In this document: in pieces, positions 24,865 through 36,872 of the stretch
Layout of the letters: each line of letters starts with the position of its first letter
How positions within the stretch are numbered: the first letter of the stretch is position 1
NCBI GenBank assembly: GCA_002633005.1
Contig: NMRA01001017.1
Coordinates: 1 to 64,000, forward strand
DNA length: 64,000 bases
Direction: 5' to 3'
From: Phoronis australis
Taxonomy: Eukaryota > Animalia > Phoronida
Notes under the pieces: model-generated
Databases searched by the model: none
What the model saw: only the letters and a program-made list of their open reading frames with translations
Told to the model about the DNA's origin: nothing
Program-made: the position numbers and the translations under genes

Positions 24865-26821
24865 ATGGCTCAATGTAAGGATGAAGAAAGCTTCTAGCGG
24901 ATACTGGAGTGTCCCATATGTCTGGAACGCACGCGCTGTTTGCCGTGCCTTCACTCATTCTGTGAGAAGTGCATCAGACAACATATGGATGAGAATCAAG
25001 AGGACGGTTCCTTCCTGTGTCCAATGTGTAACTTGAAATTCTAGGTACCAAGAGATGGCGTCACAGAGTTCAGGCGTAACCTCTATCTGACACAGATTAG
25101 TGAGCTTTCTCCAGAAGCTTCCGAGGTCAGGTGTGATGTGTGTAAGTTTCAAGATGTTGACAGCCCCGCGACTCGTATGTGTATTCAGTGCAGAGACCAC
25201 TTGTGTCAGCGGTGACCCGAAGCACATACTAAAATAACTCGCAATCACAAAGTGGTCAGTTTGCAAGAGGTCAAAGATAGCAAGCACTTTGAGGAGATAC
25301 TTCGGTTTCAGAGAGTCCACAGTCCTATATACCCACAAAAGTTATTGGAGGTATACTGCGAAAATTGCATGAAACCTCTTTCCCATCTGTATGTAATGTT
25401 CGACCATGATGGTCACAAAAGAAGAGGAATTGAAGAAGCAGCTCAGTAGAAAGGCTGATGACGTCTTACGAGAATTTCTGGATACTTGGAAAATGGTCTC
25501 GGACCATTCTTTAATATTGTGCCATGCGGAACGCAAGAAGGTATTGGACAAGCTTGGTGATAAAGAAGAACGCTCGACAAGCAAAATACATAGTCCTATC
25601 AAACGCTCATAGATGATATCATTCAGGAAATTGTAAGTGAAGATGAACGAGGCAGTTGGCGAACTGAAAGGTGAAATCGCAAGTGCCCGCAAGCAGGCGG
25701 AGATGGCGTACAATGAAGCTGAAAATCGTAATTTAAGCATAACAAGCACGATGAAGTATTGCCAAGAAATTCTTGATTCTTGAAATTCTTGAAAAACTGC
25801 AGAAGTTTCAGGACTCAAAAACCCGTCTTGAGAGTCTGGATATTTGAAAGTTGGAAAGCGAGATGACTTTTTATGAGTTATAGCTACATTCCGGCGCTTT
25901 GGTTGTCCCTAATTTGGAGGTGCCAGCAGTGACCAAACGTAAAAGAGCGTGTGAAGTCTAGTGTGCCGGAAAGTACCTGGCAACCTGACATGAAAGATGA
26001 ACCAATCCTTGCGCGATGTTTAACTGTGAGCATTTTTGGTGAGGTGGACACTGACTGTGATGGATTGGCAGTGTAAGGTGCTTGGCTAATTACTACTGGT
26101 TTCCATTGTAGCCACAAAGTTAAAGTTTGACAAATCTAGTGGTAGCTGTTTGTTTGTGGTGGACCAGGTTGAACATAATTAACTGCATAAACCAGCTGAT
26201 GCGACCTCAGTGTACTAAATATGGTGATATAAGTTTGTTACTGATTGCGGTAGTCGAGGTGTTGTGAGGTACAATAGTAAGGGTCTTGAAGTTTACATCC
26301 TATTTGTTTAGTAGTCGTGCTGGTATAACGTGCCACGAAATTGAGGACCAACTGACAGATTTTAAAGGTGGACGTTTGCTTTTGACTGACTTTGACTGTA
26401 ACATTAGAAAAAAGTTAGAAAAGTTATTACGAAAGAGTCACTGGGATTGAGCGCATTCAATCCACGACATGTGTGTGTCGATGGTAAAGGACACCTGGTG
26501 GTGAGTGATGAGGGTCAAGGTCATGTACTTGTTATTCACCCCAAACTGCCATCCATTGTTAAAACATTCATTCACTAACTGGGTGAATGTCCTCGTGGTG
26601 TTTGTGTTGATAAGTGGCGACACATTCTTGTTGCTGACTGCTAACAATCGCGAATTGTTATTATCAGATGTGTGTGAACAAATGCTTATTCTCATCCGGA
26701 GGAATGCCCCTCTGGCCTTGCTCCCTTGCTGTCACATGGTCCCGGAGAAGTGGCTGTGTCACAACGTCCTCTAAAACGTTATGTTACTGAGGTGAAAGTG
26801 TTCAGGTATGCAGATCTGTGA
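24865..26821 (+). pseudogene. Tandem TRIM-NHL paralog, pseudogenised
   Basis: Collinear with 18273-20225 from ATG (MAQCKDEESF*) to VKVFRYADL*. It has a premature TAG at codon 11, a deletion in the RING and many further stops and frameshifts. The upstream splice acceptor and 3' flank are also homologous. Confidence 0.92.
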
Positions 26822-27829
26822 CATTGAGTTGTCATGTGTGTGTTATTTATTGCAACCAGCCATTTCACAATGGCTAACTTAATGCGCCCTCTGCTGAATG
26901 GGAGGAGCCACACCTAACATCTCGAATATTTTTGTGTCGGCGGCAAATTTTTCCTCGAAGGTGTTTCATATTTGCGTTAGTCCGAATTTCAGTCGCAGTC
27001 AACCATTCTCGTCTTTGAAAGACGCATCTGTTGTGTTGTTATGTGACCTCAGTTCACATCATTGGGCAGACATTCATGAAACTTATCGAGGGCATACTAG
27101 ATTTGACTCTACGAAAAGGCGACGTTTCGAGAAGGAGTGGAAGCACGTTATTGCTGACCAAAAATGAGGTAGTGTTTAAGTATCGTTCAAGTGGGGAGGC
27201 ATGAACTAGTGCTATTATCATTACAGAGTGATCGATTTACCCTAGTAAACGACCTTGATCTGTTTACCTTTTGTGGTAGGACTTTATTTTCATAATAGTT
27301 CCTACAGTGTATGAACGTAGAACTCTAGCACTGAAATGTCAATTCCAGCACGTGACCGGCGGGCTTTTTGGGTGTTATGTCTCCCGTTCCATTAAAAAAG
27401 CGCTGTACTGTGGGGACGTTTTGTGTGCTGCCGCGAAACGTTTTACCCTTGCGGTGTGGCTGCAATAAACAAAATGAAACAACAGCAGCGTGAAGCGTGA
27501 GGAACTAGGACCGGTATTTAAGGGACGAGGGGGATGGGGAGCTCGGACGCAAACGTGTACCCGTTTTTGTTTTAGTCCACCGATAGATTTCGCCGACTAA
27601 AAAACAATAGGTCCTCATCGCCTGCCCCCTCCCCCACAACTTTACAGGTAGGGCCGCCAGTGCACTGTAGGCCTCACAAACGCGCTTTGCCCAATTCCCG
27701 GACGCAACATGTTCGGGCCACTCCCTTATATCCTAGGTCCGCCACTGCAAGTGCTAGTGACCGATATAAAATGAGAAATTAATATGCACAAAAGAGGTAG
27801 AAGGGTTATGTACAGAATGTATACAAACT

Positions 27830-28895
27830 AACATGACTTATCAAGCATCAAAAGACAGTATTTGACAGCGTGGGCATTCATTAGTAAAGGTATTGAGATC
27901 TTGGCAACATCGTATACATTGTTCCATAAAGTATCCCTTGGTGGTGAATAGAATTAAGCGAACCTTAAAACATATAGAGTGTTTTCCCCCGTACCTCATA
28001 GGGCAGACGTCTGAGAGCAAAACACTGGAGAGGGAAAGGGCTTATCTGTTTCATATGCTTGCAAACTGCCTCACCAAGACATTGTAGCCTTTGAGCAAAA
28101 AGCAGAGTGGAGTTTGATTCGTACAGTAAGATGGAGTGCGACAACTGCTGGTCATTGAAAACAAATTTTAAGGCCTGATATTGAATTTTTTCCATTTTTC
28201 GGGCTTTCTGAACACCACATAAAAGCCAATCAAGAGGCAATAATTAAAATATGACCGAATAATTGCATAATAATTAAATCTTCAACTTAGTGTCTGTATC
28301 TAATAAATGACGCAGACGGAACAAGGTAGACACATATTTTGCTGCTTTGGCACAGAGGTTGTCTACATGCTTAATTTACAGTCAATGTGCACACCCAATA
28401 GTTTAACAGAATTCTCACACTTAATGATAATCTTGCCAACATAAAGAAAATTTTCGGAGTCGTTGAGCGTATCTCTACTAGGAGTGACGGCTTTGAATTT
28501 TCAGTATTGGCAAACATATGATTATTGTCAAACCATCTCATAGCCTCATTTGCGGGGTTTTTCATAACAACTTTGACTTTATCCATGGAATCGTCACAGG
28601 GTACAAGTGTATTGTCATCTTCGTAATTGTAAAGCTTGCACTTGCCGCCAAGTATATAGAAAATATCATTTATGAAAACATTGAATAACAGAGGACCCCG
28701 GATAGAACCTTGGGGCACACTGAGTACCAATTGCTGAATCATTTTCAATTCTAACTCTCAATGAGCTGTCAGACAAATGCTGCAGGAGAGTAGAAAAGAA
28801 CATGTTTTCTGAGAACAACCATTGGCACCAAGTTTCGACACCAGTAAGGCAAGGAAGGTAGTAGAATGCTTTTGACAAATCAAGGCTAAAAGGCA
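27830..28895 (-). mobile_element. Degenerate CR1/L2-type non-LTR retrotransposon, RT fragment
   Basis: Minus-strand motifs LDLSKAF, VPQGSIRGPLLFNVFINDI, YEDDNTL (for YADD) and MEKIQYQALKFV, spread across frameshifts. Confidence 0.88.
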
Positions 28896-31278
28896 TCCGC
28901 ACCACGCGTTAAAGTTCGCCAGACGGTGATTTACAAGGCCCCTGTCTCTGTCTACGGTCAACGGCACTGCTGGGGTAGGTATCCATAATGACATTGAGTG
29001 CTTTTTACCACGAGGTTCTGCGGACCAGCAAACGGCCGTGCAAGAGGGCGTTGACATGCGCATGGAATTCAATTTGGGCTAGGTCTCTGCGGCTGACCAA
29101 GTCACCGTTTTAAACGAGTGCATTTGTTTCGTTTGTGCATTCTACCCTGGGTCGTAACACTGTTGATTGACACCCGCTGTTTACAATACTTCAGAGTATA
29201 ACAGTAGTTATTATTTAAGGCAATATGTGAAACAAATATGAATTTATATAGGAAATGTTCCGAGGATTTTACAGGGTAAAAGGGAAACGCAGAAACGAAA
29301 TGTGTCGATGTAATTAATCGACTCGACACATTTCGTTTCGCGACATAAGCCGCCGAACTTCTTCCTGATCGTCGTCGCGCGGTCTGCACCTGCACCACCG
29401 GCGCCGGGCAAAGCAACGGGTGCGCACCCGCCCAAGCTTTGGATCGTCGCGCCCAAATAATGTACGCAAGGGCATCGTGAGTTAGGATTGTAACGTTTTC
29501 TAGTCAAGTTATGTGTATTTGTTTTTCTTACGTATGTCTATCTGTATATAGTTCTCGTAAACTGTTGTATAATTTTTCCTAAATTTTTGTCGGGTAGTAG
29601 CATATGTGCTAATGTTTTATCTGTTTGTGCACTATAACGACCTGACCATAGACATCACATAGACATCTTGTGATGTCTATGGACCTGACTCTAAACCCCA
29701 TCCAGGCTTGTTCGCCGTACTATCGTAAGATGGCGCAGCGGTCAAAGATGGCGGCCCTTGGTGAAAGCAAAGTCGTTTTGTCCAGCTTCTGACGGTACTA
29801 CCTTGCAGATGTGTCATATCGTAAATATATAGAATGCAGGTACGGGTGCATCACGGTGACAACGGTGGGCTTAAAAAATCACCCACTTGACCTTTGAATC
29901 ACAATTCACTTGCATTCCTCTGAAATCAGCGGGGCAATCGGTCATCCGATGTCATCGCCATACACTCCGAAACCCTATAGTCGTCCGCCTAAGCATAAAA
30001 CCGGCTTGTTGTCTTACTCACCCAATTATTCCACTTCAAAGTTATGATCTGAATAGGACTTGATTTAACTCTCACAAATATATAGTATTCGTTGATTCAA
30101 ACGTTTTCTTTTACTTAAGCCGAGTTGTTCAACTGTGCATTGCTTTTCGGCCATTTTATAATGACACCTATGGTCGTCATGTGCTGCCGCCTTTTGAAAG
30201 GACAGAAAACCACACAGAAAAAGGCCAAGAAAATAGTGGAAAGTGGTTTACAGCAACTCTACTTCAACCACAAACTGTTTTACTGGTATGATATCGATTT
30301 TTAAATCGATTAAAATTGATTTAGAATTTCAGTTCTGGAAAATAAATCACAATTGTTTTATTCCAGGCAGACCTTACTTATTTTGTATTTGTGACCTCTT
30401 TATTTGACTTTTTGCTCTTGTTGTTCTTAACATCACTTATCTCTGCTGTCCTTCTTTTTCTTTTCAGTTTCTCTTCATTCTCTGTTAACACCTTGTCAGC
30501 CAAAACAGAACTGTAAGCCTTTGAGACTTGGTAGGCGGAAGTTGATCATTGAACCTCGATACAATTGTTCTAATAAATTACCCATAATTGTATTGTTTGA
30601 TTTTTTCTCATCTTTAACAGGCTTCTGCATTCATAAATAAATAAATAAATACCCAAGTTGCATTTGAATTTTATTGCTCAATCTCTTCTTTTATTTTTGA
30701 TTATGTCATGCTGTGTTGTATGTAACAAATGCAATATAGTGAAATAAAGTCAATGTTTTACTTTATTGGTGGCCATTCTCTATCAATTCAAGTATTTTAA
30801 TTTTCTTCAAATAAATTCAAAATGCTTTAACCAAAATTTTCAACATAAATGTTGAGTTCAGTACTGTGTTTTGCAATAAAAAAACAAGTGAACAATATTT
30901 TGATGACCAAGGCGTGGGCCGAAACTGTTAAGCACCCAGCGTGTTCCATTTGTCTGCTGCGTTTTTCCTTTGGCCTAACAGATGTCGGTTAGTGCCTGGG
31001 ACAAATAGATACATTGCATAAACAATCCCTGGGTTGCTTTTTGTTCCGTCTGAAGAAAATTTAATTTCGAAAATATCTTCTGAAAATGAACAAAAAAGTG
31101 CATTAGTAAAATCAACAAGTTTTTAAGTGGTCTCAAAAAAACAGTCGGTAAATGCATTAATTTTAGTCTCAGTTCTTCCACGCGTGTTTCTCCCGAGAGG
31201 TTAGTACCTAACGTGCAGACGAGCGTTCCAAATTGGAACGCTAAGTCCCGCGTGGCAGCGCTGCACGCGAAACTAGAT

Positions 31279-31514
31279 GGCGGACGACCTTTGGAGACTG
31301 ACGACGAGAGGTAATCGGACTATATCTTGTGACTGTATCAGTATGCCACCAGGGGCGATAGTACACCCCTATAAAAAGTAAATAATCTCAAAATATAACC
31401 AACGAGTGAAACATGTATATATACACATGGAGTTATGATTAATCATACTAAGACTCAGGAGGCAGTTAAGTCAACATAATTTGAATATACTCGGGAACCC
31501 AATGGTCGTCCGCC
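31279..31514. mobile_element. Short TIR element (MITE-like)
   Basis: 16-bp inverted repeats GGCGGACGACCTTTGG / CCAATGGTCGTCCGCC (15/16 match). The internal part recurs at ~35510-35670. No clear TSD. Confidence 0.5.
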
Positions 31515-32016
31515 TAAGCATAAAACCGGCTTGTTGTCGTACTCACCCAATCATTCCACTTCAAAGTTATGATCTGAATAGGATTTGATTTAACTCTCAC
31601 AAATATATAGTATTCGTTGATTCAAACGTTTTCTTTTACTTATGCCGAGTTGTTCAACTGTGCATTGCTTTTCGGCAGCCATTTTATAATGACACCTATG
31701 GTCGTCATATGCTGCCGCCTTTTGAAAGAACAGCAAACGACACAGAAAAAGGCCAAGAAAATAGTGGAAAGTGGTATACAGCAATTCTACTTAACCACAA
31801 ACTGCTTTACTAGTATGATATCGATTTTTAAATCGAATAAATTTGATTTAGAATTTCAGTTCTGGAAAATAAATCACGGCTGAGCCCTGGATTGTTTTAT
31901 TCCAGATATAACTTACTTATTTCTGTTTGTGACCTCTTTATTTGACTTTTTGCTCTTGTTGTACTTAACACCACTTATCTTTGCTGTCTTAATTTTTCTT
32001 TTCAGTTTCTCTTCAT
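31488..32016 (+). repeat. Direct duplicate of ~29963-30478
   Basis: Near-identical ~520-bp block (GTCGTCCGCCTAAGCATAAAACCGGC...TTCAGTTTCTCTTCAT) ending at the single N at 32017. Confidence 0.9.
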
Positions 32017-32964
32017 NCATGTGTGTGTTATTAATTGCCACCAGCCATTTCACAGTGGCTAACTTAATGCGCCCTCTGCTGAATGAGAGGAGCCACACCT
32101 AACATCTCGAATAACATGTCGGCAAATTTTTTCTCGAAGGTGTTTCATATTTGCGTTAGTCCGAATTTCAGTCACAGTCAACCATTCTCCTCTTTGAAAG
32201 ACGCATCTGCTGTTGTGTGACCTCAGTTCACATCATTGGGCTGACATTCATGAAACTTATCGAGCGGGGAATAGATTTGACTCTACGAAAAGGCGACGTT
32301 TCGGGAAGGAGTGGAAGCACGTTATTGCTGACCAAAAATGAGGTAGTGTTTAAGTATCGTTCAAGTGGGGAGGCATGAACTAGTGCTATTATCATTAGAG
32401 TGATGATTTACCCTAGTAAACGACCTTGATCTGTTTACCTTTTGTGGTAGGACTTTATTTTCATAGTAGTTGCTACAGTGTATGAACGTAGAACTCTAGC
32501 ACTGAAATGTCAACTCCAGCATGCGTGACCGGCGGGTGTTATGTCTCCCGTTCGGTGAAAAAAGCGCTGTACTGTGGGGACGTTTTGTGTGCTGCTGCGA
32601 AATGTTTTACCCTTGCGGTATGGCTGCGGGAAACAAAATGAAACAGCAGCAGCATGAAGCGTGAGGAACTAGGACCGGTAAGGGACGAGGCGGAGGGGGA
32701 GCTCGGACACAAACGTGTTCCCGTTTTTTTTTTTTTAGTCCACCGATAGATTTCGTGAACAATAGGTCCTCATCGCCTGCCCCCGCCCCCACAACTTTCG
32801 GGCCGCCTGTGCACGCACAATCGCGCTTTGCCCAATTCCCGGACGCAACATGTTCGGGCTACCCCCATATATCCTAGGTCCGCCACTGCAAGTGCTAGTG
32901 ACCGATATAAAATGAGAAATAAATATACACAAAAGAGGTAGAAGGGTTATGTACAGAAAGTATA

Positions 32965-33500
32965 CAAACTAACATGACTTATCAAGCATCAAAAGACAGT
33001 ATTTGACAGCGTAGGCAAACTTGGCATTCATATAGGTTTTGAGGTCTTGGCAACATCGTATACATTGTTCCATAAAGATATCCCTTGGTGGTGAATAGAA
33101 TTAAGCGAACCTTACAACACATAGAGTGTTTTCCCCCGTACCCCATAGGGCAGACGTCTGAGAGCAAAACACTGGAGAGGGAAAGGGCCTAACTGTTTCA
33201 TATGCTTGCAAACTGCCTCACCAAGACATTGTAGCTTTTGAACAAAAAGCAGAGTGGAGTTTGATTCGTACAGTAAGATGGAGTACGTGCGACAACTGCT
33301 GGATAAAACCTTGGGGCACACCTTTAGAGACAAGGTACCAATTGCTACAATCATTTTCAATTCTAACTCTCATTGAGCTCTCGAGACAAATGCTACAGGA
33401 GAGTAGAAAAAAATATGTTTTCTGAGAACAACATAGGCACCAAGTTTCGACACCAGTGAGACAAGGAAGGTAGTAGAATGCTTTTGACAAATCAACTAAA
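32965..33500 (-). mobile_element. Second, internally deleted copy of the CR1/L2-type fragment
   Basis: SKAF and WYLVSKGVPQG motifs. The sequence matching 28150 is joined directly to that matching 28700. Confidence 0.8.
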
Positions 33501-34230
33501 AGGCATCCCGCACCACGCGTTCAAGTTCGCCAGACGGTGATTGACAAGGCCCCTGCCTCTATCTAGTCAACGGCACTGCTGGGGTGGGCTTTTTACCACT
33601 AGGTTCCGCGGACCAGCAAACGGCCGTGCCAGAGGGAGTTGACATGCGCATGGAATTTAATTTGGCCTAGGTCTCTGCGGCCGGAACCATGTCACCGTTT
33701 TAAACTAAATGAGTGCATTTGTTTCGTTTGTGCATTCTACCCTGGATCGTAGCCTATCACTGTTGATTGACACCCGTTGTTTATGATACTTCAGAGTATA
33801 ACAATAATTGTTATTTAAGGCAAGATGTGAAACAAACATGAATTTATATAGGAAATGTTCCGAGGATTTTACAGGGTAAAGTGGGAACGCACAAACGAAA
33901 TGTGTCGATGTAATCGACTCGACACATTTCGTTTCGCGACATAAGCCGCCGAAGCTTTCTGATCGTCGCGCGGTTTGCACCTGCACCTCCGGCGCCGGGC
34001 AAAGCAACGGGTGCGCACCCGCCCAAGCCTCTTGATCGTCGCGCCCAAATAATGTACGCAACATGAATAACCTGAGTGCCTTCATAAGGGCATCGTGAGT
34101 TAGGATTGTAACGTTTTAGTCAAGTTATATGTATTTGTTTTTCTTACGTATGTCTATCTGTATATAGTTCTCGTAAACTGTTGTATAATTTTTCCTAAAT
34201 TTTTGTCGGGTAGTAGCATATGTGCTAATG

Positions 34231-35154
34231 CAGTGGCGGATCTAGGATATCACAAGGGGGGTGCCCAACATTTTGTGCGGCTGTAAGCATTTGCGCAANN
34301 NNNNNNNNNNNNNNNNNNNNNNNNNNNNNNNNNNNNNNNNNNNNNNNNNNNNNNNNNNNNNNNNNNNNNNNNNNNNNNNNNNNNNNNNNNNNNNNNNNNN
34401 NTGGGGGGAGGTCGGGAGGGGGGTTTGCCTCTAAAAATCAAGCATTTTCCTTGATTCCCGAAGTATTATCCAAGAAAAAAGGCAAAAAAAAAAGAAAAAA
34501 ACACGGAGAACGTGTCAAACAAGATAAACTTCACGTACCAAAGACTGGAACTCACGACCTGACAGGTAGCGCGAGTTTGCGTTACCACTACACCACCACG
34601 ATTTGACTACTAATCTACTAAGAGACCTACTTGTTTATGGTCCACAGCGTTTGCGCGCGAAACCTACTTTTTTGTAATGCTTGTTACACGTTTTATATTT
34701 TGTGCCATCAATTCTTAACAAATTTGTCGTATTTAAAATAGTCTTCAAATGCCCAAAAGACCAAACCCGTTTTTCGTGTTGGCAATAATGACGGGGATTG
34801 CTTTGGAAATCGTCTCAAGATAAGGTTTGACAAAGAGAGTATTGCCAGTTTCTGAGTGATTCACTAAGGCTTCGATTAAAATTCACATCTTACCAGCAGC
34901 GTCTGTTTTTTCATCGTCAATCAGGTTCCATTTTCTTTAAAAAATGAAGAAAACAATTTTCTTCATTGCACAGTGGAGCAGACGACGGAAACGGAGTCGT
35001 AGTGCGCAGCGCCATTGCCGGTCGCCTGGGATATCGCCGGAGAGCCTATACTTAGCCATAGTTCCGTTACCTTTCCCTACGCTCTTACTGTTTTATTTTT
35101 TTGCGGCAGCTAAGGGGGGGGGAGGGCCCCTGCCCCCCCCTAAATCCACCTATG
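34231..35154. mobile_element. Non-autonomous DNA transposon with 5-bp TSD (spans N gap 34299-34401)
   Basis: Ends CAGTGGCGGATCTAGG / CCTAAATCCACCTATG with TSD TAATG/TAATG. The empty site is visible in the duplicate at ~29610. Related ends occur at ~23413, ~27748 and ~32889. Confidence 0.75.
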
Positions 35155-35999
35155 TAATGTTTTATCTGTTTGTGAACCATAACGACCTGACCATAGACAT
35201 CTTGTGATGTCTTTGGACCTCGCTGACTCCAAACTCCCTCCAGGCTTGTTCGCCGCGCTGTCGTCAGATGGCGCAGCGGTCAAAGATGGCGGACCTTGGT
35301 GAAAGCAAAGTCGTTTTGTCCAGCTTCTGACGGTACTACCTTGCAGATGTGTCATATCGTGAATATATAGAATGCAGGTACGGGTGCATCACGATGACAA
35401 CGGAGGGATTAAAAAATCACCCACTTGACCTTTGAATCACAATTCAATTGCATTCCTCTGAAATATGTTCAGGTCAGCCTGGGCAATCGGTCATCCGATG
35501 TCATCGCCATATCTTGTGACTGTATCAGTATGCCACCAGGGGCGATAATACACTCCTATAACAAGTTACTAATCTCGAATAAAAACGAGTGAAACATGTA
35601 TATATACACATGGAGTTATAATTAATCATATTAAGACTCTGGAGGCAGTTTAGTCAACATAATAAATTTGAACATATCCATAACATGATGAAAATCTGTT
35701 GCTGAGTTTCTCTCACCGGTGCCATTTTGAGGAAGTTACATGAATTCATGCTTGTAAGCAACCAAATTCCAAGGAACACAAATCTTGCGAATTCCACGTG
35801 ATATCTTCCCATGCTATTTTTGTAAGTGTCGTGTGCTTCCCTCAGTCTCATGCTTGTCCTTGCCCAACTCACACGAAGTCAGTTGAAATACTTTGTGATT
35901 ATCAGGTAGGGTGAACAAATGACAACAAAAAAGTGTAGTTGGAATTCTTCGCCAAAGTCTTCTTAATTCCCGTAGACATTCTTCATCGAAGATATGTAT

Positions 36000-36600
36000 A
36001 GAACTAGGCAGCCAGCTAGCTGTATGAAAATACAACTAGGTACCGCTGTGTGTTGAGCTCCGTTAGACCCCACAATTTCACACAGCCCAGATACTTCTGC
36101 TCATCACCTCATTGTGAATCTTGTCATCATTTAGAGCTAATGACCGGCGGGGGTGCATGCAAAATATGGGAGTCAGCCGACACCCGCCTCGCCCGTTGCA
36201 GCCATTTAACTGGAAAACAAACTAGTAAATGTCATTTTCTTGCATACTTCTCCACCTTTTGTTACACAGAAAAGTCTGTCATCAATTTGAAAATGTTCAA
36301 TATTTGTGACGCGCACACATGCCATTTCCAAAATTGTTGCGACATCTCTCGAGAGATGATGGTAACAAAATTTGTTCTGAAATTCGGTTTGCTGGTATTA
36401 AAATACTTAAAAACTTGTAACGAAATGAAACCAGTTTGAGTGAAACCGATTTTTCCAACACCGAAAGATAATTTAGATTATTCGAAAGGTAGGTATTGTT
36501 TTTAGAGAACCTACTTTTTTGTCAGATTTTATTTGGCCAGTTTTTTACCCACATTGGCTTAAAGCTGTATATTTAGTGCATAGCTTTGCACCGAGGCTAA
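36000..36600 (+). mobile_element. Dispersed repeat (HINE-like), copy 2
   Basis: Homologous to 60625-61320 and to 11775-12545 (-), e.g. GGGTGCATGCAAAAT.TGGGAGTCA and GTCATTTTCTTGCATACTTCTCCACCTTTTG. Confidence 0.8.
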
Positions 36601-36872
36601 TATTGAACCAGAAAGGATCACTGAAGAAAGTATTTGCTTTTTGAGTCACAATTGTTAGTGTAAACTGTATTTTTGACAATGTGAAAACCTCTTATTTGGT
36701 GGGCGGATTTGGCCTACCATCTGTTTAAAATATACGGGATAAAATTAGTACAGAAAGTGATGGGGAGTGTTTTAGCCCCTCAGAATCTCACAGATTCTCT
36801 GCATTTGTGGCTTTAACAATTGAGAACTATGTTTGCTTGACTTCCAGGTCTTGACCGTCTGATCAGGGGGCC

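Larger units (their letters stand above)
32018..35510 (+). repeat. Direct duplicate of ~26835-29960
   Basis: Collinear, highly similar copy. It differs by a ~550-bp deletion within the LINE fragment and by a MITE insertion at 34231-35154. Confidence 0.9.

Noticed and set aside
24745-26774. Many short ORFs on both strands over the TRIM copy
   Set aside because: They are off-frame or antisense fragments of the pseudogene.
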